Part shown: positions 38,430 through 46,628 of the stretch, one piece after another
How positions within the stretch are numbered: the first letter of the stretch is position 1
Layout of the letters: each line of letters opens with the position of its first letter
Source of the DNA: an uncultured bacterium
Lineage (GTDB): Bacteria; UBP7; UBA6624
Assembly: GCA_964507645.1 (NCBI GenBank)
Contig: CAZDPU010000001.1
Span: 61,313-125,312 of the forward strand
Length of the DNA: 64,000 nt
Reading direction: 5' to 3'
Program-made: the position numbers and the translations under genes
The notes under the pieces: model-generated
Seen by the model: only the letters and a program-made list of their open reading frames with translations
What the model was told of the DNA's origin: nothing
Database searches by the model: none

Positions 38430-40530
38430 ATTTTGTTTAAAGGATTTTTTAATAAGTGTTTTATTGGTTCTTTTACAGCATTTCCCTTTTTTCTTAAAAA
38501 GATACCCTGTCAATGGAGACGATTTGGAGTTTGGATTGGCCTTTACCAGGGTTTTTTATCAGCAAGTAGAGAATTTTTCCTGGGGAATTAATTCTATTAA
38601 TGGATATTTTCCATTGGTTGCTGAAGGGCAAATGGGTTTCTTTCATCCTTTCAGGTGGCTTATTTATCTTTTGCCTCCATGGCCTTCGTCTGATGATATT
38701 TTAGGAATTGCTGGTGAATATGTTTTTTTAATGCTTTTTTGTAATTTTTTAATGTGTTATGGAATGGTTTTTCTTTTGAAATTTAAAGGATTGAAGGGTT
38801 GGAGTCTCTGGATTCCTGTTTTGCTTTTTTGCAATTATGGTTTTCATCAATCTCAATCTACAAATATTAATTTAATTCTCTCAAGTTGTATTTTGCCATG
38901 GGCAGCTTTTTGTATTGATAGTATTTTTTCAAAGATCTCAAAAGAAGAGTTCCCCAAAAAGGAAATTCTTTGGTTTGTTTTCCTTTTAACCTCTTCTTTT
39001 TTGGCAGGGCAACCTCAAGGAAGCATGATTGTTCTTTTTATTTTACTAATTTACATTTTTTCTTTTAGCCCAAAGCCGAGGGCTAAAGTTTTTAAAATCT
39101 TCTTTTTTACAATAGTCGGAAGTTTTTTACTTGCTTCTCCTCAGCTCATATCAACTTTTTCTTTATCTAGCTACTCTTCAAGGGATGAATTCTTTTGGGG
39201 TAGTCAGGGGGGAATTGAATTAGTAACATTTTTAAATGGATTTTTTCCGCTGTTGGGTTTGGATAATATTGCTTCATATGATCCAGTAGCTTCATCTTAT
39301 TTGTCTAGTTTGTGGCCTTTGTTTTTATTTTATTTATTTTTCAAATTCAAGCCAGATTTTAAAAATAATACATATTTAATAGGTATATTTGCATCTATAT
39401 TTTTCTCATGGGGTCCTGGATATGGTTTGTTGGTCAAGGTTATTCCTTTTCTAGGGTCTTTTAGGGACTTTCATAGATTTATGCTTGGAGCTTTATTCTT
39501 CTTTTGTTTGTATTTGGCAAATTTGTTAATGATGAAAAAAATAAAATTCAACAAGAAAGAAACAATTATTTCTTTTGTTTTGTTTTGTTTAGTTTTTATT
39601 TTTGTTTCAGACTCTGTATCAATTAAATCTTATTTGCATTTCGTTTTGCCTTTGGCTTTTTTACTTAGCTTAAGCTCAAAGAGAATCGCTAAAAGCTCTT
39701 ATCTTCTAGTTGGTATTTTCTTGATCCTGGAGACTTCTTTAGGTATATTTTGGCGTTGGAATGTTAGGTTTTATGAATATATCCCACATCAAGAAATTCA
39801 ATTAGTTTCTGGTGAAGATTGTCCTGAAAAAGGAACTTCTATTTGGTTCCTTGACACCTATTCTGAAAGCCTTAAGCAAGAAAGTATAAATATGAAAAAA
39901 CCTTTTGCTGCTTATCTTGGGAGTCCAAATGGCTATCTTTGGGACGATCCAATTTTTTCTAATTGCAAAAATAAACCTTTTAGATTGCAAATAAATTCTC
40001 CACTTCAATCTATTTGGGCAAATCAGTTTCAAGATTTTTTTATCCCATCAACAGGAATAGAACATCCAACTATTTCAGATTTGATTAAGTTAAGCGAAAT
40101 TTGGTCTAGAACAAAGCTGGAGATTGATTCAGAACCTGAGGTTTATCTAGTTGCGGGTGAAACTTTTTACAGGTACAAAAGAAAAATTGTAGATTTTGAT
40201 AAATCTAATTATTTTTCTAAAGAAAATTTGCAATATTCAGGCCAAGTTAACGAGGCATCTGTTTTAGCTAATCTTTTAACAGGGGATATTAGGCAATTTC
40301 TTGATATAAACAAAAAAGAAATTAAGAACGGGGTTTACTTTGTTCCAGCTTGGTGGTATCCTGGATGGGAAAACCAGGGAGAGAGCCTTTTTAGGGTAGG
40401 GTATTCTTTTTTAGGGCGTTCCGAGGTGTTTGAGGATCATGAATACGTTCTTCCAGGATTTCCTTTTTCACTTTATTTGAGTATGTCAACATTTTTTTTA
40501 ATTTTTATTTTTCTTTTTTTTAAGATTTAG
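38410..40530 (+). CDS. Large polytopic membrane protein, probable GT-C-fold glycosyltransferase (YfhO/ArnT/PMT-like)
   Basis: 706 aa, 12+ predicted TM helices. Acidic motif NGDDLEFG in first extracytoplasmic loop after TM1 (DD/DE motif of GT-C enzymes). Overlaps upstream gene by 20 nt. Confidence 0.55.
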   Translation: MKNSKIRFCLKDFLISVLLVLLQHFPFFLKRYPVNGDDLEFGLAFTRVFYQQVENFSWGINSINGYFPLVAEGQMGFFHPFRWLIYLLPPWPSSDDILGIAGEYVFLMLFCNFLMCYGMVFLLKFKGLKGWSLWIPVLLFCNYGFHQSQSTNINLILSSCILPWAAFCIDSIFSKISKEEFPKKEILWFVFLLTSSFLAGQPQGSMIVLFILLIYIFSFSPKPRAKVFKIFFFTIVGSFLLASPQLISTFSLSSYSSRDEFFWGSQGGIELVTFLNGFFPLLGLDNIASYDPVASSYLSSLWPLFLFYLFFKFKPDFKNNTYLIGIFASIFFSWGPGYGLLVKVIPFLGSFRDFHRFMLGALFFFCLYLANLLMMKKIKFNKKETIISFVLFCLVFIFVSDSVSIKSYLHFVLPLAFLLSLSSKRIAKSSYLLVGIFLILETSLGIFWRWNVRFYEYIPHQEIQLVSGEDCPEKGTSIWFLDTYSESLKQESINMKKPFAAYLGSPNGYLWDDPIFSNCKNKPFRLQINSPLQSIWANQFQDFFIPSTGIEHPTISDLIKLSEIWSRTKLEIDSEPEVYLVAGETFYRYKRKIVDFDKSNYFSKENLQYSGQVNEASVLANLLTGDIRQFLDINKKEIKNGVYFVPAWWYPGWENQGESLFRVGYSFLGRSEVFEDHEYVLPGFPFSLYLSMSTFFLIFIFLFFKI

Positions 40531-40548
40531 AATAAGGTTAAGTTATAT

Positions 40549-40553
40549 GGAGG
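40549..40553 (+). promoter_or_regulatory. Shine-Dalgarno GGAGG for DUF1858-IscA gene
   Basis: GGAGG 4 nt upstream of ATG 40558. Confidence 0.5.
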
Positions 40554-40557
40554 TTAT

Positions 40558-41130
40558 ATGAGTTCTATAGATGTTAAAAATCAAGTAACAAAAGACATGA
40601 CAATTTCTTCAATCATTGAGAAGTTCCCTTATGCTGCAGATTCCTTAAAGGTGAGAGGCATTCATTGTGTTGGTTGTGGAGTTTCTAATTTTGAAACTCT
40701 TGAGCAGGGTGTTTTAGGGCACGGAAGGAAAAAAGAAGAGCTAGAAGAGATTCTCGAAGAAATTAATTCAACAATAGAGGAAATGGCAGGTGCAATTTTT
40801 GTTGTCACAGAGAGAGCTTCTAAGGTCATATTAGAAACAATGGCTGAAGAGGATGATGAATATGTTGGTTTGGAAATCAAAGTCAATACTACTTGCAATT
40901 GTACTTTTGAGTATCATTTCAAATTCGTTAAAGATTTTGACCAAAAAAATCATTTTGTAGAACAGCATGGTTTGAAAGTGTCTATAGATAAAGAATCCTT
41001 ACCGCTTATCAAAGGGACAAGGATGGACTATGTGATGAGTGTTCAGGGTGCTGGATTGAAACTTTCTAATCCAAATAGCCCTGAAGGTGGAGGATGTGGC
41101 TGTAGTGGCGGAGGAAGTTCCTTTTCCTGA
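40558..41130 (+). CDS. Fusion protein: DUF1858 (hybrid-cluster-protein-associated redox disulfide domain) + A-type Fe-S carrier (IscA/HesB-like)
   Basis: N-terminus TKDMTISSIIEKFPYAADSLKVRGIHCVGCGVSNFETLEQGVLGHG matches DUF1858. C-terminal half has IscA cysteines and signature (KVNTTCNCTFEY ... SNPNSPEGGGCGCSGGGSSF). Confidence 0.75.
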   Translation: MSSIDVKNQVTKDMTISSIIEKFPYAADSLKVRGIHCVGCGVSNFETLEQGVLGHGRKKEELEEILEEINSTIEEMAGAIFVVTERASKVILETMAEEDDEYVGLEIKVNTTCNCTFEYHFKFVKDFDQKNHFVEQHGLKVSIDKESLPLIKGTRMDYVMSVQGAGLKLSNPNSPEGGGCGCSGGGSSFS

Positions 41131-41381
41131 TGACACACGTTATTTGCGAACCATGTATTGATACAAAAGACAGGGCTTGCATTGATGCTTGTCCAGTAGA
41201 CTGCATACACCCAAGAGAAGAGGATGATGAAGGTGAAACTCAGGTTTATATTGATCCAGATACATGTATTGATTGTGGCGCATGCGTATCGGTATGTCCT
41301 GTTGAAGCAATATATCCTGAAGAAGACATTCCTGATGAATGGGTTGGGTATATAGAGATAAATAAAAAGTATTTCGAATAA
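41130..41381 (+). CDS. fdxA: 7Fe (3Fe-4S + 4Fe-4S) ferredoxin
   Basis: CIDTKDRACIDACPVDC ... CIDCGACVSVCPVEA cysteine pattern; 83 aa acidic protein. Start overlaps previous stop by 1 nt. Confidence 0.85.
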   Translation: MTHVICEPCIDTKDRACIDACPVDCIHPREEDDEGETQVYIDPDTCIDCGACVSVCPVEAIYPEEDIPDEWVGYIEINKKYFE

Positions 41382-41385
41382 TCAA

Positions 41386-42570
41386 ATGAATCTAGATTGG
41401 AATCAGTTAGCCGTTAAGGGTGGGCGAATATTGTTTTTTGTTATAGACGGTGTTGGTGATTTACCAAATCAAGAAAACAAAACTCCACTAAGTGAAGCTA
41501 AAACACCTTACTTGGATTCAATTTCAAAAAAAAGTGTCATGGGGATGCATCTTCCAATAGGGGAAGGCATTACCCCCGGTTCAGAAATGGCGCATATGGC
41601 TCTTTTTGGATTCGATCCAATTAAATACGCAACTGGAAGGGGTGTTTTTGAGGCTCTTGGCTTGGGTTTCGATTTGGTTCCAGGAGACCTAGCTGTTAGG
41701 GGAAATTTGGCATTGTTTAAAGATGGAGAAGTCTTAGACAGAAGGGCTGGAAGGATAAAAACCAGAGAGGCTATTAAGATTTTAAATAAAATCTCAAATA
41801 TAGACATTGAAGGATGTAAGGCAATTTTGATTCCTGGAAAAGGTCATAGGTTCTCAGTTGTTTTTCGAGGGGATGGTCTAAAAGGTCCTTTACCTGGTAA
41901 CGATTCTGGTAAAACTGGTGTTTGTCCTGAGTTTCCCACTGTTCAAAGTGATTTAAGAAGATCTAGGCTTGTAATGTCTGCATGGACTCAATTTGCTAAT
42001 GAAATAATTAAAAATGAGAAAAAAGCTAATGGTGTTTTGCTTAGGGGTGCAGATGTTTTAAGGCCAGTTCAAACAATGGAAAGAAAACATTTGATAACAT
42101 GTAAAGCTATAGCTAATTATCCTTGTTATATAGGTGTTGGTAAATATCTTGGAATGAATGCAAAAATATATCCAAACGATGCAGATTCAAGAATTAGAGA
42201 AGCTGTAAGCTCTAAAGAAGATTTTGTTTTTTTCCATTACAAAGATACAGATGCTGCTGGAGAAGATGGAAATTTTGAAAAAAAGACATTGTGTGTTGAG
42301 GAAGCTGATTCAATATTGAGGAAAATTATGGAAAAGTCGAATTTTGATGTTCTTGTTGTTACGGGAGACCACTGCACTCCGTGTTGCTACAAGGGTCATT
42401 CTTGGCATCGAGTTCCTCTTTTGATTTATGGTGGAAGGGCTAGAGGTGATGGTATCCCAAGATTTTCTGAAGAAAAGGTGAGGGGTGGGTCTATCGGTTC
42501 TATATATGCTAAAGAGATAATGCCAATAGTTTTAGCTCATGCATCAAGATTGAAAACCTATCTAAGCTAA
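41386..42570 (+). CDS. apgM: 2,3-bisphosphoglycerate-independent phosphoglycerate mutase, archaeal-type (ApgM family)
   Basis: ~394 aa; metalloenzyme-superfamily motifs (VIDGVGD, TGDHCTP, GHSWHRVP) typical of ApgM rather than bacterial GpmI. Confidence 0.8.
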   Translation: MNLDWNQLAVKGGRILFFVIDGVGDLPNQENKTPLSEAKTPYLDSISKKSVMGMHLPIGEGITPGSEMAHMALFGFDPIKYATGRGVFEALGLGFDLVPGDLAVRGNLALFKDGEVLDRRAGRIKTREAIKILNKISNIDIEGCKAILIPGKGHRFSVVFRGDGLKGPLPGNDSGKTGVCPEFPTVQSDLRRSRLVMSAWTQFANEIIKNEKKANGVLLRGADVLRPVQTMERKHLITCKAIANYPCYIGVGKYLGMNAKIYPNDADSRIREAVSSKEDFVFFHYKDTDAAGEDGNFEKKTLCVEEADSILRKIMEKSNFDVLVVTGDHCTPCCYKGHSWHRVPLLIYGGRARGDGIPRFSEEKVRGGSIGSIYAKEIMPIVLAHASRLKTYLS

Positions 42571-43044
42571 ATGGACTCTTCATCAAATATAGTTTTTTGG
42601 CAGATTAACAGCTTTTTGACCTTTTCTTGGTTTATTTTTGTTCTTTATAGAAGTAATTATGTTAAAAGAATCAAAGAAAATGATTTTAAAAAAGCAAAAT
42701 TTCTTGAGAATGGTTTAAGGAAAATTGAAATATCCTTAATGACGATTGTTCCGATTTCTTCTTCGATAATTCTTTTTTTTGAAAATCCTATTTTCATTTC
42801 ATACATAATAAATTCTTCAGCTGTCAAGAATAAGCTTTTAATTGTTATTCTTGCTATATTAACCGAGGCTGCAAGCCTGAAGTTTTGTACAAAGGTTTCT
42901 TATGAAATAGAGAATGAAATTGGAGATGTTCAAAAAGCAAAAAAACAATGCTTCAGGTGTGATTTAATTTTGATGGTTTTTCTTATTTTTCTAATATTCT
43001 TCCCAATTTCTTTTCTTTCCGAGATTTTGGCTACTTTCAGCTGA
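42571..43044 (+). CDS. Hypothetical small membrane protein (about 4 TM)
   Basis: Hydrophobic segments FLTFSWFIFVLY, VPISSSIILFF, LLIVILAILTEAA, ILMVFLIFLIFFPISF. Begins 1 nt after apgM stop. No motif match. Confidence 0.4.
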   Translation: MDSSSNIVFWQINSFLTFSWFIFVLYRSNYVKRIKENDFKKAKFLENGLRKIEISLMTIVPISSSIILFFENPIFISYIINSSAVKNKLLIVILAILTEAASLKFCTKVSYEIENEIGDVQKAKKQCFRCDLILMVFLIFLIFFPISFLSEILATFS

Positions 43045-43079
43045 ATAAAAACAACTAACAAAATCAAGTTTACAATTTC

Positions 43080-44699
43080 TTGAGATGGGGGTTTTTTTTT
43101 ATGTATTCATTTATTTTTTCTTTTCTTTTTTTTATTGATATGTTCAGTGATGATTTTTCAATTATTCCAAGGCCGAATGATATTTCATTCTTAAATGAAG
43201 AGTTCTCTTTTGACGAAAATGTTATTTTTCATTACGATTTCCACGATGAGGAATCTTGGGAGGTTTCTAGTTATTTTTTTGAAATTTTAAACATTCCTCC
43301 ACATCCAAATAAAATTGGAGAGTTTCAAGAAAAATCTGTTTTCATGAGCGATAATTATGATGGAGATGACCTTGGCGACGAAGGCTATATTCTTAATATT
43401 GTTTCTAATAGGGTAGAAATTTTATCAAACTCTCCTGAAGGTCTTTTTTATGCTATTCAAACGATAAGACAATTGTTACCTTCACATATTGAAGGTGAGA
43501 AAAAGAGTTGCTTTGTTGAAAAATGCTCTCTTCCTGGATTGGAGATCAAAGATATCCCCAGGTTCAAATGGAGGGGGATGCATTTAGATGTTGGAAGGCA
43601 TTTTTTCAATGTTGAAGAAATAAAGAAATTTTTAGACTTATTGGCATTTTATAAATTTAACAATTTTCATTGGCATCTTACGGAAGATCAGGGTTGGAGG
43701 ATTGAGATTAAAAAGTGGCCAAGGCTTACTGAATTTGGTAGCTGTAGAGAAGAGTCTCCGAAAAAAGGGAATAGGAATCTTGGTGATGGTGTTGAGTATT
43801 GTGGTTTCTATACACAATCTGAGGTGAGAGATGTTGTCAAATATGCTAAGAAATTATTTATAAATATTGTTCCTGAAATTGAAATTCCCGGCCATTCTTC
43901 AGCTGCAATTGCTTCATATCCACAACTTGGAAATCCAGGTGCTTCTGACAAAGTTATGACGAGATGGGGTGTTTCGAACGGGGTCTACAACATCAAGGAA
44001 GAAACATTTGATTTTTTGGAGGATGTGCTTTCTGAGGTTATGGATCTTTTTCCTTCGGAGTTTATTCATATTGGAGGTGACGAGGCTCCAAAAGGACCTT
44101 GGAAAAATAATCCAGATGTTCAGGAATTTATAAAAAAAGAGAATCTTGGAGACGAGCATGGCTTGCAAAGTTGGTATATTAAGAAAATAGAGTCTTTTCT
44201 TAATTCAAATGGTAGACGTTTGATTGGCTGGGATGAGATTCAAGAGGGAGGGCTTGCTCCAAATGCAGCGATGATGGTTTGGCGAAGTTGGCAATATGGA
44301 ATAGATGCTGCTAATAAAGGTCATGATATTGTTATGTCCCCAACATCTCATTCATATTTTGATTATTATCAGGGAGATCCAGAAACTGAACCAGAAGCTA
44401 TTGGAGGATATCTGCCATTGAAAAAAGTTTACTCTTTTGAACCTATTCCTGAAGAGCTGAAAGGAGAAAAAGTCAATCGAGTTTTAGGTGCTCAAGGTAA
44501 TCTTTGGACTGAGTATATATATGATTGGAATAAACTAATGTATATGGCCTTTCCCCGGACTGCTGCAATGGCTGAGGTTGTTTGGACCTCTCCGGAGAAA
44601 AAAGATTACTATAGTTTTTTAAAAAGATGGGAGCGCAGCTTGCCAAAACTTGATTCAATGGGTGTTAGGTATAGGAATTTATCTGAAGATGATTTTTAA
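43080..44699 (+). CDS. Secreted GH20 beta-N-acetylhexosaminidase
   Basis: N-terminal hydrophobic signal. GH20 catalytic region (RGMHLDVGRHFF, FHWHLTEDQGWR, EIEIPGHS, HIGGDEAP with catalytic D-E pair, W-rich substrate pocket). Confidence 0.9.
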   Translation: MRWGFFFMYSFIFSFLFFIDMFSDDFSIIPRPNDISFLNEEFSFDENVIFHYDFHDEESWEVSSYFFEILNIPPHPNKIGEFQEKSVFMSDNYDGDDLGDEGYILNIVSNRVEILSNSPEGLFYAIQTIRQLLPSHIEGEKKSCFVEKCSLPGLEIKDIPRFKWRGMHLDVGRHFFNVEEIKKFLDLLAFYKFNNFHWHLTEDQGWRIEIKKWPRLTEFGSCREESPKKGNRNLGDGVEYCGFYTQSEVRDVVKYAKKLFINIVPEIEIPGHSSAAIASYPQLGNPGASDKVMTRWGVSNGVYNIKEETFDFLEDVLSEVMDLFPSEFIHIGGDEAPKGPWKNNPDVQEFIKKENLGDEHGLQSWYIKKIESFLNSNGRRLIGWDEIQEGGLAPNAAMMVWRSWQYGIDAANKGHDIVMSPTSHSYFDYYQGDPETEPEAIGGYLPLKKVYSFEPIPEELKGEKVNRVLGAQGNLWTEYIYDWNKLMYMAFPRTAAMAEVVWTSPEKKDYYSFLKRWERSLPKLDSMGVRYRNLSEDDF

Positions 44700-45757
44700 T
44701 ACTGTGGATTCCACTTTTTCCCAAGTATGCATTTTTCTTTAGCACCTGTCAATTTTGGTTGGCTTATTTTTACATTTTCACTTGCCATTTTCGCTAGAAA
44801 AGCAAATAGATAAGCCTCTCTGGAATCTTCAAGAGGGTCGATTTCAACTTTTATGCTTTCTCCTAATTCCAATTGAAAAAGTTCCATTAGTCCTTTGTTA
44901 AAAATACCACCACCTGAAAAATATGCTACAGATGGTTTTTTTTTGCAATTTTTTTTAATCCATTTTTTTAACTCTAAAACTATTCCATTTGCAGCTGAAG
45001 AAAGTTGATTTTCGATTTTCATTTTTCCAACCTCTGACAATGTTTTTTTAAGTTCCTTTTCCCATTCTGAAACATGGGTACTTTTTGGGGGTTTTTTGTC
45101 ATGAAAATTATTTTTAAATATTTGTAATTTTCTTTTTTCAACACTCCCCCTAAGTGTAAGTTTTCCATGATTATCAAAATTCATGTTTTCTTTTTTACAT
45201 ATTGAATCAAGAAGGTAATTGCAGACAGAGATGTCAGAAGAAATCATTTCTTTTTCAGATATATAGGTTGCGTTCATGATTCCTCCTAGATTGATTCTTA
45301 AAACGTTCCCTTCTGTCCATTGATGTTCGTCTATTATGGATGCAAGAGGTGCTCCTTGCCCTCCCATCTTTATATCGTTTGATCTGAAATCACTCCAAAC
45401 TGTCATTCCTGTAATGTTTGAAATTAATTGAGGGTCACCAACCTGAAGCGTCCATCCAAGTTTTGGCTTATGCGCTGCTGTTTGTCCATGGAATCCTATT
45501 CCTTTTATTTTTTTTCCTTTCATTATTTTTAATGCTGTTTTTGCAAAGTGATCTCCCATTTTTTTTTCTAAGGAGATGTCTTTTTGAAGAGGTGTTGGAT
45601 TCTTCTTTTGAAAATTTTGAAATTCTTTTTTTAACCTGATTGGCCAAGGGTTGTTTATTTTCTTAATTATTTTTGGTTTTTTTTCAAAATTTATTAAAGC
45701 AGCTGAAGCAGCATCCATGCTGGTTCCTGAGAGCAAACCGATCCAAAGGTTATTCAT
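44696..45757 (-). CDS. anmK: Anhydro-N-acetylmuramic acid kinase
   Basis: ASKHA sugar-kinase fold: N-terminus WIGLLSGTSMDAASAALI; overall AnmK architecture. Overlaps murQ by 4 nt. Confidence 0.85.
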   Translation of the reverse strand: MNNLWIGLLSGTSMDAASAALINFEKKPKIIKKINNPWPIRLKKEFQNFQKKNPTPLQKDISLEKKMGDHFAKTALKIMKGKKIKGIGFHGQTAAHKPKLGWTLQVGDPQLISNITGMTVWSDFRSNDIKMGGQGAPLASIIDEHQWTEGNVLRINLGGIMNATYISEKEMISSDISVCNYLLDSICKKENMNFDNHGKLTLRGSVEKRKLQIFKNNFHDKKPPKSTHVSEWEKELKKTLSEVGKMKIENQLSSAANGIVLELKKWIKKNCKKKPSVAYFSGGGIFNKGLMELFQLELGESIKVEIDPLEDSREAYLFAFLAKMASENVKISQPKLTGAKEKCILGKKWNPQY

Positions 45758-46593
45758 TCTTGGAGTATTTCTTCTAAAGTCTTGTTTTTTAAAAGATTTT
45801 TTGCTTCTTTTGGGCTAATGTTTAATTTTTTTATCAGTATTGATCTTTCAAGGCTCCATTCATTTCTTTTTAAGGTTTCTTCAGATTCTTTTTCGTTTAT
45901 TTTAGTTATTTTGCTCAGTATTCCTATAGCTCTATTTTTAAGTTTTTTATTTGTTGGTTTTATTTTTATCATTTTTCTCTCAAATACATTTCCAAGAATT
46001 GCGAAAGAGGTTGTTGATATTGCAGTTAATACAGACCTGGTTATGTTTCCTGAAGCCATTCTTGTACTTCCTTCAAGCCATTCTTTTTGAACAGGCAATT
46101 CAATACATATATCAGAATTTTTTTTAATTTTGCTATTTTCCTTGTTCACTATTGAAATCGTCTTGCATCCAATTTTTTTTGCCTTTTTTAAAAAAATATT
46201 TGTCCAAGGCGTGGATCCGCTTGCACTTAGACCTATTACAAGATCTTTTTTTTGAAGTTTGATTTTTTTTACAATTTCACATGCATTATCTGAATCATCC
46301 TCACTTCCTTCAACAGCTGCATAAAATGCTTTTTTCCCTCCTGCAATAAGGGATTGAACCTTTGAAGGTTTTAATCCGAAGGTTGGAGGAATTTCAGCTG
46401 CATCTAAGGCGCCAATTCTTCCGCTTGTCCCTGCTCCAACATAGAAGATTCTTCCATTTTTTTTAATTGAATCGACATAGAGCTCAATAGCTTTTGAAAT
46501 TTTTGAAGTTTTTTTTTCTATTGATACCCTGTGCTTGTTTTCATTTTGGAATATCTCTTTTAATGTCTTCTTTATTTTTTTATTTAAATTCAA
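45754..46593 (-). CDS. murQ: N-acetylmuramic acid 6-phosphate etherase
   Basis: SIS domain GRIFYVGAGTSGRIG and MurQ conserved SRM/catalytic Glu region (KEWLEGSTRMASG). Confidence 0.85.
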   Translation of the reverse strand: MNLNKKIKKTLKEIFQNENKHRVSIEKKTSKISKAIELYVDSIKKNGRIFYVGAGTSGRIGALDAAEIPPTFGLKPSKVQSLIAGGKKAFYAAVEGSEDDSDNACEIVKKIKLQKKDLVIGLSASGSTPWTNIFLKKAKKIGCKTISIVNKENSKIKKNSDICIELPVQKEWLEGSTRMASGNITRSVLTAISTTSFAILGNVFERKMIKIKPTNKKLKNRAIGILSKITKINEKESEETLKRNEWSLERSILIKKLNISPKEAKNLLKNKTLEEILQE

Positions 46594-46628
46594 AATTTTT
46601 CTAATAGTAATTTTAGAATCAAATTATC

